Assembly (NCBI GenBank): GCA_031409335.1
Contig: JANNWY010000143.1
Coordinates: 1 to 37,607 of the forward strand
DNA: 37,607 bases
Source: Chthoniobacteraceae bacterium
GTDB lineage: Bacteria > Verrucomicrobiota > Verrucomicrobiia > Chthoniobacterales > Chthoniobacteraceae
Direction: 5' to 3'
Under the pieces are notes generated by a model. The model was not told the origin of the DNA, did no database searches, and saw only the letters and a program-made list of their open reading frames with translations. Shown one piece after another: positions 1 through 8,018 of the stretch. Numbering within the stretch: the first letter of the stretch is position 1; every line of letters starts with the position of its first letter. A program made the translations under genes and the position numbers.

Positions 1-2
1 AG

Positions 3-548
3 GCCGGCACCCTCACCAAAGCGCAACCCGACGCCCTGCAGGAATTGGAACGCCTCACCAATGGCGGACGCCGCAGCGCCCGGCTCACCTTCCCCGGCGA
101 CGACGTCAAACTCCACAGCGAATTCCAGGTCGGCATCGACACCCCCAAGACCCTCGCCTCCGAACTCGAGCGCGCCCGCATCATCCTCGCCTCCTGCCAG
201 CGCCACACCGCCGCCTTGAAAAAGCACGGCTGGACCGCCAAAGACACCACTGCGCTCGATACCGCCATCACCGCCCTCGAAAACACCAGCCTCGACCAGA
301 GCAACGTCCTCGACGACCGCGCCGGCCTCACCGAAGACCGCATCATCGCCGGCAACGCTCTCTACGCCAATTGCCTCGCCATCCAAAACGCCGCCCGGCT
401 CGAATACCCCTCCAACCGCCCCGGCAACGAAGCCGCCCGGCACCGCTTCCTCCTCGACGAATTCCCACCGCGCGACCGCTCCAACCCCTCCGGCGACAAT
501 CCTCCTCCGCCGCCCCCTCCCGTTCCCCCAATCGTGCCGAAGCCGTAA
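3..548 (+). CDS. Hypothetical protein, 5'-truncated by the window edge, with Pro-rich C-terminal tail
   Basis: Frame is open from base 3 (AGTLTKAQPDALQELERL...) to TAA at 546-548. Codon usage is strongly biased to C-ending codons. Ends in DNPPPPPPPVPPIVPKP. No family recognised. Confidence 0.75.
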   Translation, partial: AGTLTKAQPDALQELERLTNGGRRSARLTFPGDDVKLHSEFQVGIDTPKTLASELERARIILASCQRHTAALKKHGWTAKDTTALDTAITALENTSLDQSNVLDDRAGLTEDRIIAGNALYANCLAIQNAARLEYPSNRPGNEAARHRFLLDEFPPRDRSNPSGDNPPPPPPPVPPIVPKP

Positions 549-596
549 AAGCAGAAGACCATTGTCCGCATCCTTGGTTCCCGATAATCTCATTCC

Positions 597-848
597 ATGA
601 CGACTGTCTCCATACCGGTTGACGAAAATTGGCTCGCGGCTTCCGGAGTCACCGCGGAGGAAGCCGCGCGTGATTTCCGCTTTCTCCTCGCATCGCGGCT
701 TTTCGAATTGCGCAGGCTCACGTTGGTTCAAGCGTCTGCCATGGCAGGCATGGATGTCTGGCAATTCACCGAGCATCTTGGCACCGCCGGAGTCAGTATC
801 CTCAATCTGCATCCCGACGAGCTCGCCGCGGAGCTCGGTCATGGCTGA
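597..848 (+). CDS. UPF0175-family protein (putative antitoxin)
   Basis: 83 aa with the pattern LASRLFELRRLTLVQASAMAGMDVWQFTEHL, typical of UPF0175. Overlaps the start of the downstream PIN gene. Confidence 0.8.
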   Translation: MTTVSIPVDENWLAASGVTAEEAARDFRFLLASRLFELRRLTLVQASAMAGMDVWQFTEHLGTAGVSILNLHPDELAAELGHG

Positions 849-1341
849 GCCACTCATCATCTGCGACGCCAGTCCGCTGATCCTCCTTGCGAAAATCGAT
901 GCGCTTGATCTCCTTTTGCAGGCTGGAGATCGCCTCATGATCCCGCGCGCGGTATGGAATGAAGTGATCGTCCCATTGACGACGCGCCCGGAAGTGAAGA
1001 AAATTCGCGAGCGCTTTGCGTCGGTGGTCACCGAAGCCGACCCCATTTTGGCCGCCGCCTACAGGCTTCAAGTGGATTCTGGAGAAGCAGAGGCGCTGGC
1101 CCTCGCCGCCCGACATCCGCAAAGCATCCTGCTCATGGACGACGCCAAAGGCCGCCGACTGGCCCTCGTCTCCGGATTTAGAGTCATGGGAACACTGGGT
1201 CTATTCGTCCGTGCAAAGCGCAGCGGGCAGATTCTCGAGGTCAAGCCTTACTTGGATCGACTGCAACAAAACGGCCTGTTCGTCTCTCCCGCTCTGCTCG
1301 CACAAGTGTTGAAAGCAAGTGCGGAAGAGCAGCCGACATGA
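841..1341 (+). CDS. DUF3368-type PIN-domain protein (putative toxin)
   Basis: ATG at 841. Motifs ICDASPLILLAKI, DSGEAEALALA, LLMDDAKGR and GTLG match the PIN/DUF3368 family. Confidence 0.85.
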   Translation: MAEPLIICDASPLILLAKIDALDLLLQAGDRLMIPRAVWNEVIVPLTTRPEVKKIRERFASVVTEADPILAAAYRLQVDSGEAEALALAARHPQSILLMDDAKGRRLALVSGFRVMGTLGLFVRAKRSGQILEVKPYLDRLQQNGLFVSPALLAQVLKASAEEQPT

Positions 1342-1361
1342 GCTCCTCACCTAAAGGATAA

Positions 1362-1376
1362 GCGGAATGCGGAATG
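1362..1376 (+). repeat. Short purine-rich heptamer tandem GCGGAAT x2, overlapping the ATG of the four-helix-bundle gene
   Basis: gcggaat gcggaat g; it is the reverse complement of the ATTCCGC/TTTCCGC units downstream of the gene. Confidence 0.6.
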
Positions 1377-1721
1377 AAAAACGATCTTGAAGGCCGAACA
1401 TTGGAATTCTCCTGCCATCTCATTGATTTTGTCACGAGCCTGCCAAAAGGAGTAGTCGGAGACGTGGTTGGCAGACAATTGCTGCGATCAGGAACCTCCA
1501 TCGGAGCCAACTACCGGGAAGCAAATAGAGGGGAATCGAAAGCCGACTTCATTCATAAAATTGGTATCTGCGAGAAAGAGGCATCCGAGACAAACTACTG
1601 GCTAGAGATTTGTGCGAAGCGCCAGTTGGGTTCCCAAACTCCGCGAGAACAACTTCTCAAGGAATCCAGTGAGTTGTTGGCAATCTTCACAACCATCGGC
1701 AGAAACGCCAAACGAAAGTAA
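1374..1721 (+). CDS. Four-helix-bundle protein (23S rRNA IVS / bAvd-like family)
   Basis: 115 aa with the signature RQLLRSGTSIGANYREA..ESKADFIHKIGICEKEASETNYWLE. Confidence 0.92.
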   Translation: MKNDLEGRTLEFSCHLIDFVTSLPKGVVGDVVGRQLLRSGTSIGANYREANRGESKADFIHKIGICEKEASETNYWLEICAKRQLGSQTPREQLLKESSELLAIFTTIGRNAKRK

Positions 1722-1734
1722 GTCCGCACTCAGT

Positions 1735-1897
1735 TTCAGGCTTCCTCTTTCCGTTTTTCGCCTTCCGCCTTCCGCCTTCCGCCTTCCGCTTTTCGATTTC
1801 CGCATTCCGCTTTTCGCCCTTCGCTTTTCGCCTTCCTTCTCCGCTTTCCGCTTTCCGCTTTCCGCTTTTCGCCTTCCTTCGCCGCTTTCCGCTTTCC
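1735..1897 (+). repeat. Degenerate heptamer tandem array (TTCCGCT/TTCCGCC/TTTCGCC)
   Basis: About 20 imperfect 7-bp units read directly from the sequence, running up to the GTG start at 1898. Confidence 0.95.
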
Positions 1898-2167
1898 GTG
1901 CCCGAACTCTCACGCTTTTACGGGATCATCATTCGGATGTTCTCCGAGCCTTCCGGGCGGCATCACGTTCCGCATTTCCACGCCTACTACGGCGAGCACG
2001 TCGCCGTGTTTTCCATTTCACCGGTGGCCCTCATCATCGATTTCATTCCGCAGCGCCCACAGCGTCTCGTCGAGGCTTGGGCCGAGCTTCACGAGGAGGA
2101 GCTTCTTTCCGATTGGCTGCTTCTGGAGCAGGGCCGCAAGCCTTCCCCAATCACGCCTTTGCAGTAG
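1898..2167 (+). CDS. DUF4160-domain protein (putative TA component)
   Basis: MPELSRFYGIIIRMF..HHVPHFHAYYGE..VEAWAELHEEELLSDW matches the family pattern. GTG start. Confidence 0.88.
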   Translation: MPELSRFYGIIIRMFSEPSGRHHVPHFHAYYGEHVAVFSISPVALIIDFIPQRPQRLVEAWAELHEEELLSDWLLLEQGRKPSPITPLQ

Positions 2168-2176
2168 AGTAGCGCC

Positions 2177-2491
2177 ATGAACCATCCCATCTATCGCATC
2201 ACCTTCGCGGAGTGCGTCCCGCCTTACTCACTACGCCTCAGTTTCGACGACGGCCTCAACCGCACCATTGATTTCGAGCCGATTCTTGAGGGCGAGCTTT
2301 ACGGCCCGCTGCGCGACCCCGCAGCTTTTGCCCAGGTCACGCTCGACCCGGAGATTCATACGGTCGTGTGGCCGTGCGGAGCCGACTTCGACCCTGCCAC
2401 GCTCCACGATTGGCCCGAGCACGAGGCCGCATTTCATGCTGCCGCAGAGCGTTGGAGGCACTCCTTGGAAGCTGGAAAGTCCGCGCACTGA
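2177..2491 (+). CDS. DUF2442-domain protein (partner of DUF4160)
   Basis: [37 protein letters not shown] pattern; usual pairing downstream of DUF4160. Confidence 0.88.
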   Translation: MNHPIYRITFAECVPPYSLRLSFDDGLNRTIDFEPILEGELYGPLRDPAAFAQVTLDPEIHTVVWPCGADFDPATLHDWPEHEAAFHAAAERWRHSLEAGKSAH

Positions 2492-2500
2492 TAACGGACG

Positions 2501-2706
2501 ATTTCCGCATTCCTTCTCCGCTTTCCGATTTCCGCTTTTCGCCTTCCGCTTTTCGATTTCCGCATTCCTTCTCCGCTTTCCGATTTTCGCCTTCCTTCTC
2601 CGCTTTCCGCTTTTCGCCTTCCGCTTTCCGCCTTCCGCTTTCCGCTTTCCGCTTCTCCTCCGGCCTCCGATTTCAGCTTTCCGCTTTCCGCTTTCCGCTT
2701 TTCCTC
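2501..2706 (+). repeat. Second degenerate heptamer tandem array (TTTCCGC family)
   Basis: About 200 bp of imperfect 7-bp units ending immediately before the wzt ATG. Confidence 0.95.
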
Positions 2707-4044
2707 ATGTCCTCCGACATCGTCATCCGAGTCGAAAACCTCTCCAAGAAATACACCTTGGGACATCGCCCCAACGGACCCGACAGCGGCCTCCGCCACG
2801 CCCTGCAAAATGCCGCCACCGCCCCCTGGCGCATGTGGAAAAACAGAGCGCCAAAGTCAGAGATTTCCGCTTTCAACTTTCCGCTTTCCGCTTTGCCCCC
2901 AGGCCCTCGTCCCACCCCTTCTACTTCCAACTTTCAGCTTTCACCTTTCAGCTCTGCTCCTGACGACTTCTGGGCTCTAAAAGACGTTTCCTTCGAGGTC
3001 CGCCGCGGCGAAGTTCTCGGCATCATCGGTCGGAACGGGGCGGGCAAAAGCACGCTACTCAAAATCCTTTCCCGTATCACGGAGCCCACCAGCGGAAGGA
3101 TCGGTCTCAAAGGCCGCGTTGCCAGTCTCCTGGAAGTCGGCACCGGATTTCATCCCGAGCTCTCGGGGCGCGAAAACATCTTTCTCAATGGGGCCATTCT
3201 CGGAATGACCAGCGCCGAAGTTAAGCGAAAGTTTGATGAAATTGTCGCTTTCGCCGGAGTCGAGAAATTCCTCGATACACCCGTCAAACACTACTCCAGC
3301 GGAATGTATGTCCGTCTGGCATTTGCCGTAGCTGCCCATTTGGAACCAGAAATCCTTGTCATTGACGAGGTGCTGGCGGTTGGCGACGCCGAATTTCAGA
3401 AGAAATGTTTAGGTAAAATGCAAGATGTCGCTTCAGGAGGAAAAACGGTCCTTTTTGTCAGTCATAACCTTAGCGCGGTGCGTGGCATGTGCGACCACGC
3501 ATTGCTCTTGGACAACGGCTTCCTAGTTTTTCATGGTGATGTCGAGGCGGCAGTGCAGCGATACTCAACGCGATCAACTCAAATCACGGTTAGGGATTCG
3601 CGACGGGATTTCTCCGCAAAAAGCCGCAACATCATCTCCATAACTCCAGAGTTGGATTCGTTTGCCGCACGGCAACAACTACGACTGCAAGTTCGAGTGT
3701 CGAAGGCGAAAGACGCGTGCTTCTGTCATTTTTCCATTCACATATACAACGACAGTCGTGAGAATATCTTAACGGTTTCGACTGAGCACTTGGAGGGTGG
3801 AACTCTGGCGCCCGATATCACTTCATTCATCGTCAGAATCGACAGCCCGTGGTTGCTTCCCGGCACCTACGAGATTGACGCGTATCTTTATAGTGGCGAC
3901 ATTATTGACAAGTGGGAGCACGCCTGCCGGTTTGAAGTGACCGAATCGCTTTCACGATTGGGTTACAGCGCAGTGAGTTCACGGGGATGCAGGGTGGTGC
4001 TGGCTGATTTTCATCTTGATTCGGTGGAACATTCTCATGATTAA
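2707..4044 (+). CDS. wzt: Polysaccharide ABC exporter ATP-binding subunit with C-terminal Wzt_C-like domain
   Basis: [25 protein letters not shown], Walker [37 protein letters not shown]-terminal beta-rich extension containing LLPGTY. Confidence 0.93.
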   Translation: MSSDIVIRVENLSKKYTLGHRPNGPDSGLRHALQNAATAPWRMWKNRAPKSEISAFNFPLSALPPGPRPTPSTSNFQLSPFSSAPDDFWALKDVSFEVRRGEVLGIIGRNGAGKSTLLKILSRITEPTSGRIGLKGRVASLLEVGTGFHPELSGRENIFLNGAILGMTSAEVKRKFDEIVAFAGVEKFLDTPVKHYSSGMYVRLAFAVAAHLEPEILVIDEVLAVGDAEFQKKCLGKMQDVASGGKTVLFVSHNLSAVRGMCDHALLLDNGFLVFHGDVEAAVQRYSTRSTQITVRDSRRDFSAKSRNIISITPELDSFAARQQLRLQVRVSKAKDACFCHFSIHIYNDSRENILTVSTEHLEGGTLAPDITSFIVRIDSPWLLPGTYEIDAYLYSGDIIDKWEHACRFEVTESLSRLGYSAVSSRGCRVVLADFHLDSVEHSHD

Positions 4045-4714
4045 GAGAATTGCTCGAAAGGTACTGACGCAATGGCTGTGGGGATACACTCCCGCCGAAC
4101 TCGGGATGGGGCAAATCACATGGTCTCAATTCGGAGAAGATTGTTTGGTCCGGAACATGTTTCCGAAGGATTATTCTGGTTGTTATGTCGATGTCGGCGC
4201 TTTTCACCCAATCTACCTATCGAACACCTACAAGCTCTACAAGAGCGGATGGCGGGGCTTAGCAATCGACGCGAATCCGCACATGGCACCTCTCTTCGAT
4301 CGCCTACGCCCAGGGGACACTTTTGTTCATTCAGCAGTCGGACTAATCCCGGGGCTTGTAACAATGAAGATGTTTGATGTTGGCGCATTTAATTGCCTTG
4401 AACAAAACTCGGAAAACGTTCCAAGTCAGTTCCGCGGCAATGTTCAAAGTTTGCGAGTTCCTAGCAAACCGCTTTCCGCGCTTCTTCTCGAGCATGGAAT
4501 CGAAAAGATAGATTTTCTAAACGTTGATTGCGAAGGTTCTGATCTGGAGATTCTTGAATCGAATGATTGGATGCGGTGGAAGCCCAGCGTAGTCTGCGTC
4601 GAAGACCATTCCAAAGAATGGAAGAATTCTCTTGTTACATCGTTCTTGAACGAAAGAGATTACGTGCTGATTACTCGAGCCTGTCTCTCATCTCTCTTTT
4701 CAATTCGGCGTTAA
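4037..4714 (+). CDS. FkbM-family SAM methyltransferase
   Basis: [28 protein letters not shown]. Start overlaps the wzt 3' end. Confidence 0.88.
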   Translation: MIKRIARKVLTQWLWGYTPAELGMGQITWSQFGEDCLVRNMFPKDYSGCYVDVGAFHPIYLSNTYKLYKSGWRGLAIDANPHMAPLFDRLRPGDTFVHSAVGLIPGLVTMKMFDVGAFNCLEQNSENVPSQFRGNVQSLRVPSKPLSALLLEHGIEKIDFLNVDCEGSDLEILESNDWMRWKPSVVCVEDHSKEWKNSLVTSFLNERDYVLITRACLSSLFSIRR

Positions 4715-4798
4715 TCGTCTGGTGTCCGGCTAATACCGAAACAACAAAGTGCGAAGGTATTATCCACTCACCGCTTTGGGAGCGGAGATTGACTGCAA

Positions 4799-5995
4799 AT
4801 GAGATCCTCCGCAATCGGCTTTAGCAGGCTTGGCCTTTTCATCAACGCCGCTGCCAAGGAGGGGGCTATTTGCGCGTTTGACCTCGTCCGGCATGTTCGC
4901 GGCATGGGGCATTCCATGTCCCTTTATGCGCCTCGCATTCACAATTCCGCAGATTCCAGCTTGTGGAAGCCCTTTGTGGAAACCGATCTTAACGACGCCG
5001 GATGGTGGAGAATTCAACATCTCGATCTGGCCATCTTTTACGGTATGGGGACCTTCTCTTCTCTCGCGCTCCGTCAGGCTCGGCAATCGGGAGCAACCGT
5101 CATCATTGAATGCGACAGCGACGGAACCGTCTCACCGCTTCAATCGCCCCTTCGGCGTCTCAGGCTGGCACACATGGACAGCCGCCTGCCATTCTTGACC
5201 CGCCTTCGGTCCGGCAAAGCATGGCTGGCTAACTGGATTCTGCACGGCCGATCTCGCGAGCGCGTCATTCTGAGCGCGTTTAGCGAAGCGGATTACATCA
5301 AAGTCGAGTCGGAAGGCCCTGCCTCAATCTTAAAACGATTTCTCCTGAAGCGGGGCCGCGGTGATCTCGTCAAGAAGGTGATCGTAATTCCATTTGCGGT
5401 TCGGGAGTGTTTTTCGGCGTCAATCATTCCCAGTCAAAAGAAGCCAACCGTGCTTCTAGCGGGCCGTCTGGCGGCGCATCAAAAGGGGCCCGTCGAAACT
5501 CTCGACGTTCTGCGCCGGCTGTCAGAATTTGCGGCACCGGCACAGATCGAAATGCATATTCGGGGTGACGCACCCGAGTTCGACGCCCTGGCAGCCCGCT
5601 ATCCCACCGTCTCCGTTTATCACGACTCCCCCCAAGCTTTTCTTGCGGCACGAATGCGTGAGGCTCAAATCGCCTTTTCCCGGTCGCGCTGGGAAACAAC
5701 GCCTGTGTTTGGGCTGGAGGCGCTGTGTTCCGGTTGCACCCTCCTCGCACCTAATGACCTCCCAGGTTACACCTCACTCATTCAAGGCGATCGATTTGGG
5801 ACAAGTTATCCGAGAGGCTGTACAGAGTCTGCGATTGCAGCGGTTCGCACAGAACTCTCGAATTGGCGGGAGGGGAAACGGTGCCTGACGACGATAGCAA
5901 GCAATTGGAGAGAGCAGTGCAGTCTGGACTCGGTCGTTCGGAGGATTCTGCAACTTCAACCTCTTAGCGCCCGCCACGCGACTGCCACGCCTTGA
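4799..5995 (+). CDS. Glycosyltransferase, GT-B/GT4-like
   Basis: LAGRLAAHQKG and SRWETTPVFGLEALCSG (EX7E motif); cluster context. Confidence 0.75.
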   Translation: MRSSAIGFSRLGLFINAAAKEGAICAFDLVRHVRGMGHSMSLYAPRIHNSADSSLWKPFVETDLNDAGWWRIQHLDLAIFYGMGTFSSLALRQARQSGATVIIECDSDGTVSPLQSPLRRLRLAHMDSRLPFLTRLRSGKAWLANWILHGRSRERVILSAFSEADYIKVESEGPASILKRFLLKRGRGDLVKKVIVIPFAVRECFSASIIPSQKKPTVLLAGRLAAHQKGPVETLDVLRRLSEFAAPAQIEMHIRGDAPEFDALAARYPTVSVYHDSPQAFLAARMREAQIAFSRSRWETTPVFGLEALCSGCTLLAPNDLPGYTSLIQGDRFGTSYPRGCTESAIAAVRTELSNWREGKRCLTTIASNWREQCSLDSVVRRILQLQPLSARHATATP

Positions 5996-7066
5996 ATGGC
6001 TAGCGGTGCCACGCATCCCCCACTCGCTTCACAAATGCCGCCCAAGCCAGGAAAACGTCCCCTCGACTGGATCTACAACCGGGATCTTCTCGATTCCCTG
6101 CCGTCGTCATTTGCGCTGTATGCAATGCTGCGGCGGCTCGCTGTAAACATTCCCGGCAAAAGGATTCACGCACCGACCACATTTGCACTGCTTGCGCGTC
6201 TGGAAGCCCGCCTCGCAGCGTATTATTACCGGCAGAGCCCGGGGAGACGATTTCACAAGGTTGCCGCCGCATGGGGCCCGCATTGGATCGACCTAGGCGA
6301 TGAGCGGGTGTGTATGGTGCTGCGAGAGTTGTGTGACGTGGACCCCACCCTGGAGCTATTCCCCCTTCTGCTTTCCGATTGTGATGTCTTTTTGGATATT
6401 GGAAGTAATCACGGTACGTTTGCCATGTCGGCTTCTGCAGCCATGCGCCCGGATGCCAACATTCTCGCATTTGAGCCGCAATCCCACCTCGCTGAGTTGA
6501 TCGGGCGCACCTTTGAGGAGAACCATATGGGCCATACCAGGGTGTTGAATCTGGCGCTATCCGACAAAGCCGGTCGGGCCACGCTTGTGGAACACGGCGC
6601 AAACTCGGGCATAGCGCAGTTGGCAACCAATTCCATGGAAAGCAGTGAGGACGGAATGCCTCTTGTGGATTGCGCCCGCCTCGACGACATCATCGAGAGG
6701 TCAAATATTCACGGGCAGCGCTGGGCCATCAAGATCGACGTTGAGGGACACGAATTGAATGTATTTCGGGGAAGCCAGGCGGTCCTGAGGGATCGGCATC
6801 CTCTCATTATTTGCGAGATCAATCTCGCCGCCCTTAAGCGCTTTTCGTCAACTGCTGACGACCTTCTTTCATTCCTAAGAGGCTTTGGGTACGATACTTT
6901 TATCGACGTTGATGAATATCCATCCTTGCTTGCATCTCGAAAGCTGATCACGGCTGAACATGCCTACAACTTTGTTGCCATTTCTTCCTCGTTGCATGCC
7001 GATCAATTGGCGGCCATACATTCTTCCGCAACCGGCGGCGCAGGCAGTAGTGACTCTCAGCTATAA
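5996..7066 (+). CDS. FkbM-family SAM methyltransferase (true start may be 6035)
   Basis: FLDIGSNHG, AFEP, IKIDVEGHE motifs. Confidence 0.85.
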   Translation: MASGATHPPLASQMPPKPGKRPLDWIYNRDLLDSLPSSFALYAMLRRLAVNIPGKRIHAPTTFALLARLEARLAAYYYRQSPGRRFHKVAAAWGPHWIDLGDERVCMVLRELCDVDPTLELFPLLLSDCDVFLDIGSNHGTFAMSASAAMRPDANILAFEPQSHLAELIGRTFEENHMGHTRVLNLALSDKAGRATLVEHGANSGIAQLATNSMESSEDGMPLVDCARLDDIIERSNIHGQRWAIKIDVEGHELNVFRGSQAVLRDRHPLIICEINLAALKRFSSTADDLLSFLRGFGYDTFIDVDEYPSLLASRKLITAEHAYNFVAISSSLHADQLAAIHSSATGGAGSSDSQL

Positions 7067-7968
7067 GAATCGAACGTGTCATCACCTTCGCTAACGCGAA
7101 GGTCAGGTTGGAGTTTCTCGCAATGGAACGCTCGCTGCGCGCCACGGGGTGTGACCTGCCATTGCTCGTGATGCCCTTCGACGATGACCTTTTCGAACTT
7201 CCTTCCAACGCGGAGTGGTGGCGGGACGAATCTCTATTCAATGCCTTCGCAGAAAAACATGCCGTGGCGCATTGCCGGAAGTTGGCGGTACTTTCGCAGG
7301 CCAACTGCGCCTTTTTCGATTCGGACATCATCCACCTGCAAAATCCTGTCAAGTGGCTGGAGCCTTTCCCAGTGGACGTGTTTGTGGTTGCGGATACGGA
7401 ATGGGGAAAGGCACGGTGGACATTCACTGCGGAAACCAAGGCACTTTACGAGGCAAGAACAACGCTCTGGCTGCTTGATAATTTCAACTCTGGCTTCTTC
7501 GCATATTCCAACGCAATGGCAACGATGGATACATTCGAGAAGCACCTCTCAAACCCTGCATTCATAAAGCTTCTGCACGGCAATGAGCCGACGAGAGGAG
7601 AACAAGCTTCTGCGAACCTCCTCATTCACCTGTCCGGGATTGAGGTCCTCAATATCTGCCTGCCACCTTACCGAATGGAGTCCACCATGGCCTGCGATTA
7701 TCCGCATGATTGCGAGGCTTTGCTGCGCAAAACAAATAGTGCGCCCTTTATTCACTATGCCGGACCGGGGCGGAATCTCGACGCACCCATTTCCCGGCTC
7801 ATTTTCGAGCACCTTACGAAGGCGGAGGCGGCTGAAATGATGGAGGAATTCGTACGTCGCAAGGAGCGGGCGCGCCGGCACGCCCATTGGCCGATCTGGG
7901 TGCGCGTGGCCAAGCGGATCGTTCCCCGCCTCGACCAACGGTTCTGCATCCAGTGGAACGACTCGTAG
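7063..7968 (+). CDS. Putative GT-A fold glycosyltransferase (GT8-like); start uncertain (ATA 7063 or TTG 7108)
   Basis: FFDSDII (DxD), FNSGFF, EQ..AN and FIHYAG motifs resemble GT8. Confidence 0.65.
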   Translation: MRIERVITFANAKVRLEFLAMERSLRATGCDLPLLVMPFDDDLFELPSNAEWWRDESLFNAFAEKHAVAHCRKLAVLSQANCAFFDSDIIHLQNPVKWLEPFPVDVFVVADTEWGKARWTFTAETKALYEARTTLWLLDNFNSGFFAYSNAMATMDTFEKHLSNPAFIKLLHGNEPTRGEQASANLLIHLSGIEVLNICLPPYRMESTMACDYPHDCEALLRKTNSAPFIHYAGPGRNLDAPISRLIFEHLTKAEAAEMMEEFVRRKERARRHAHWPIWVRVAKRIVPRLDQRFCIQWNDS

Positions 7969-8018
7969 CGCGCTCTCTGAGTCCGGAGCCATTTTTAGTC
8001 GGGAAAAACCGACTCTCC

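Noticed and set aside
1374..1721. Diversity-generating retroelement (Avd-like gene)
   Set aside because: No reverse transcriptase and no TR/VR pair is visible in the window; the fold alone is not sufficient.
1374..1721. 23S rRNA with intervening sequence
   Set aside because: The flanks are protein-coding genes and heptamer arrays, not rRNA.
597..2491. Integron cassette array
   Set aside because: No integrase and no attC-like RYYYAAC...GTTRRRY palindromes between these genes; the spacers are tandem heptamers.
549..2706. ops/JUMPStart antitermination element ahead of the glycan genes
   Set aside because: No GGCGGTAG-type motif noticed by eye; the operon leader probably lies upstream of the window.
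1602..2963. Long ORFs crossing the heptamer arrays (1612-2172, 2268-2963, 1602-1913, 2434-2808, and the 2368 extension of wzt)
   Set aside because: TTTCCGC-type repeats contain no stop codons, so they yield SAFRFPL/KAESG low-complexity ORFs that overlap well-supported genes.
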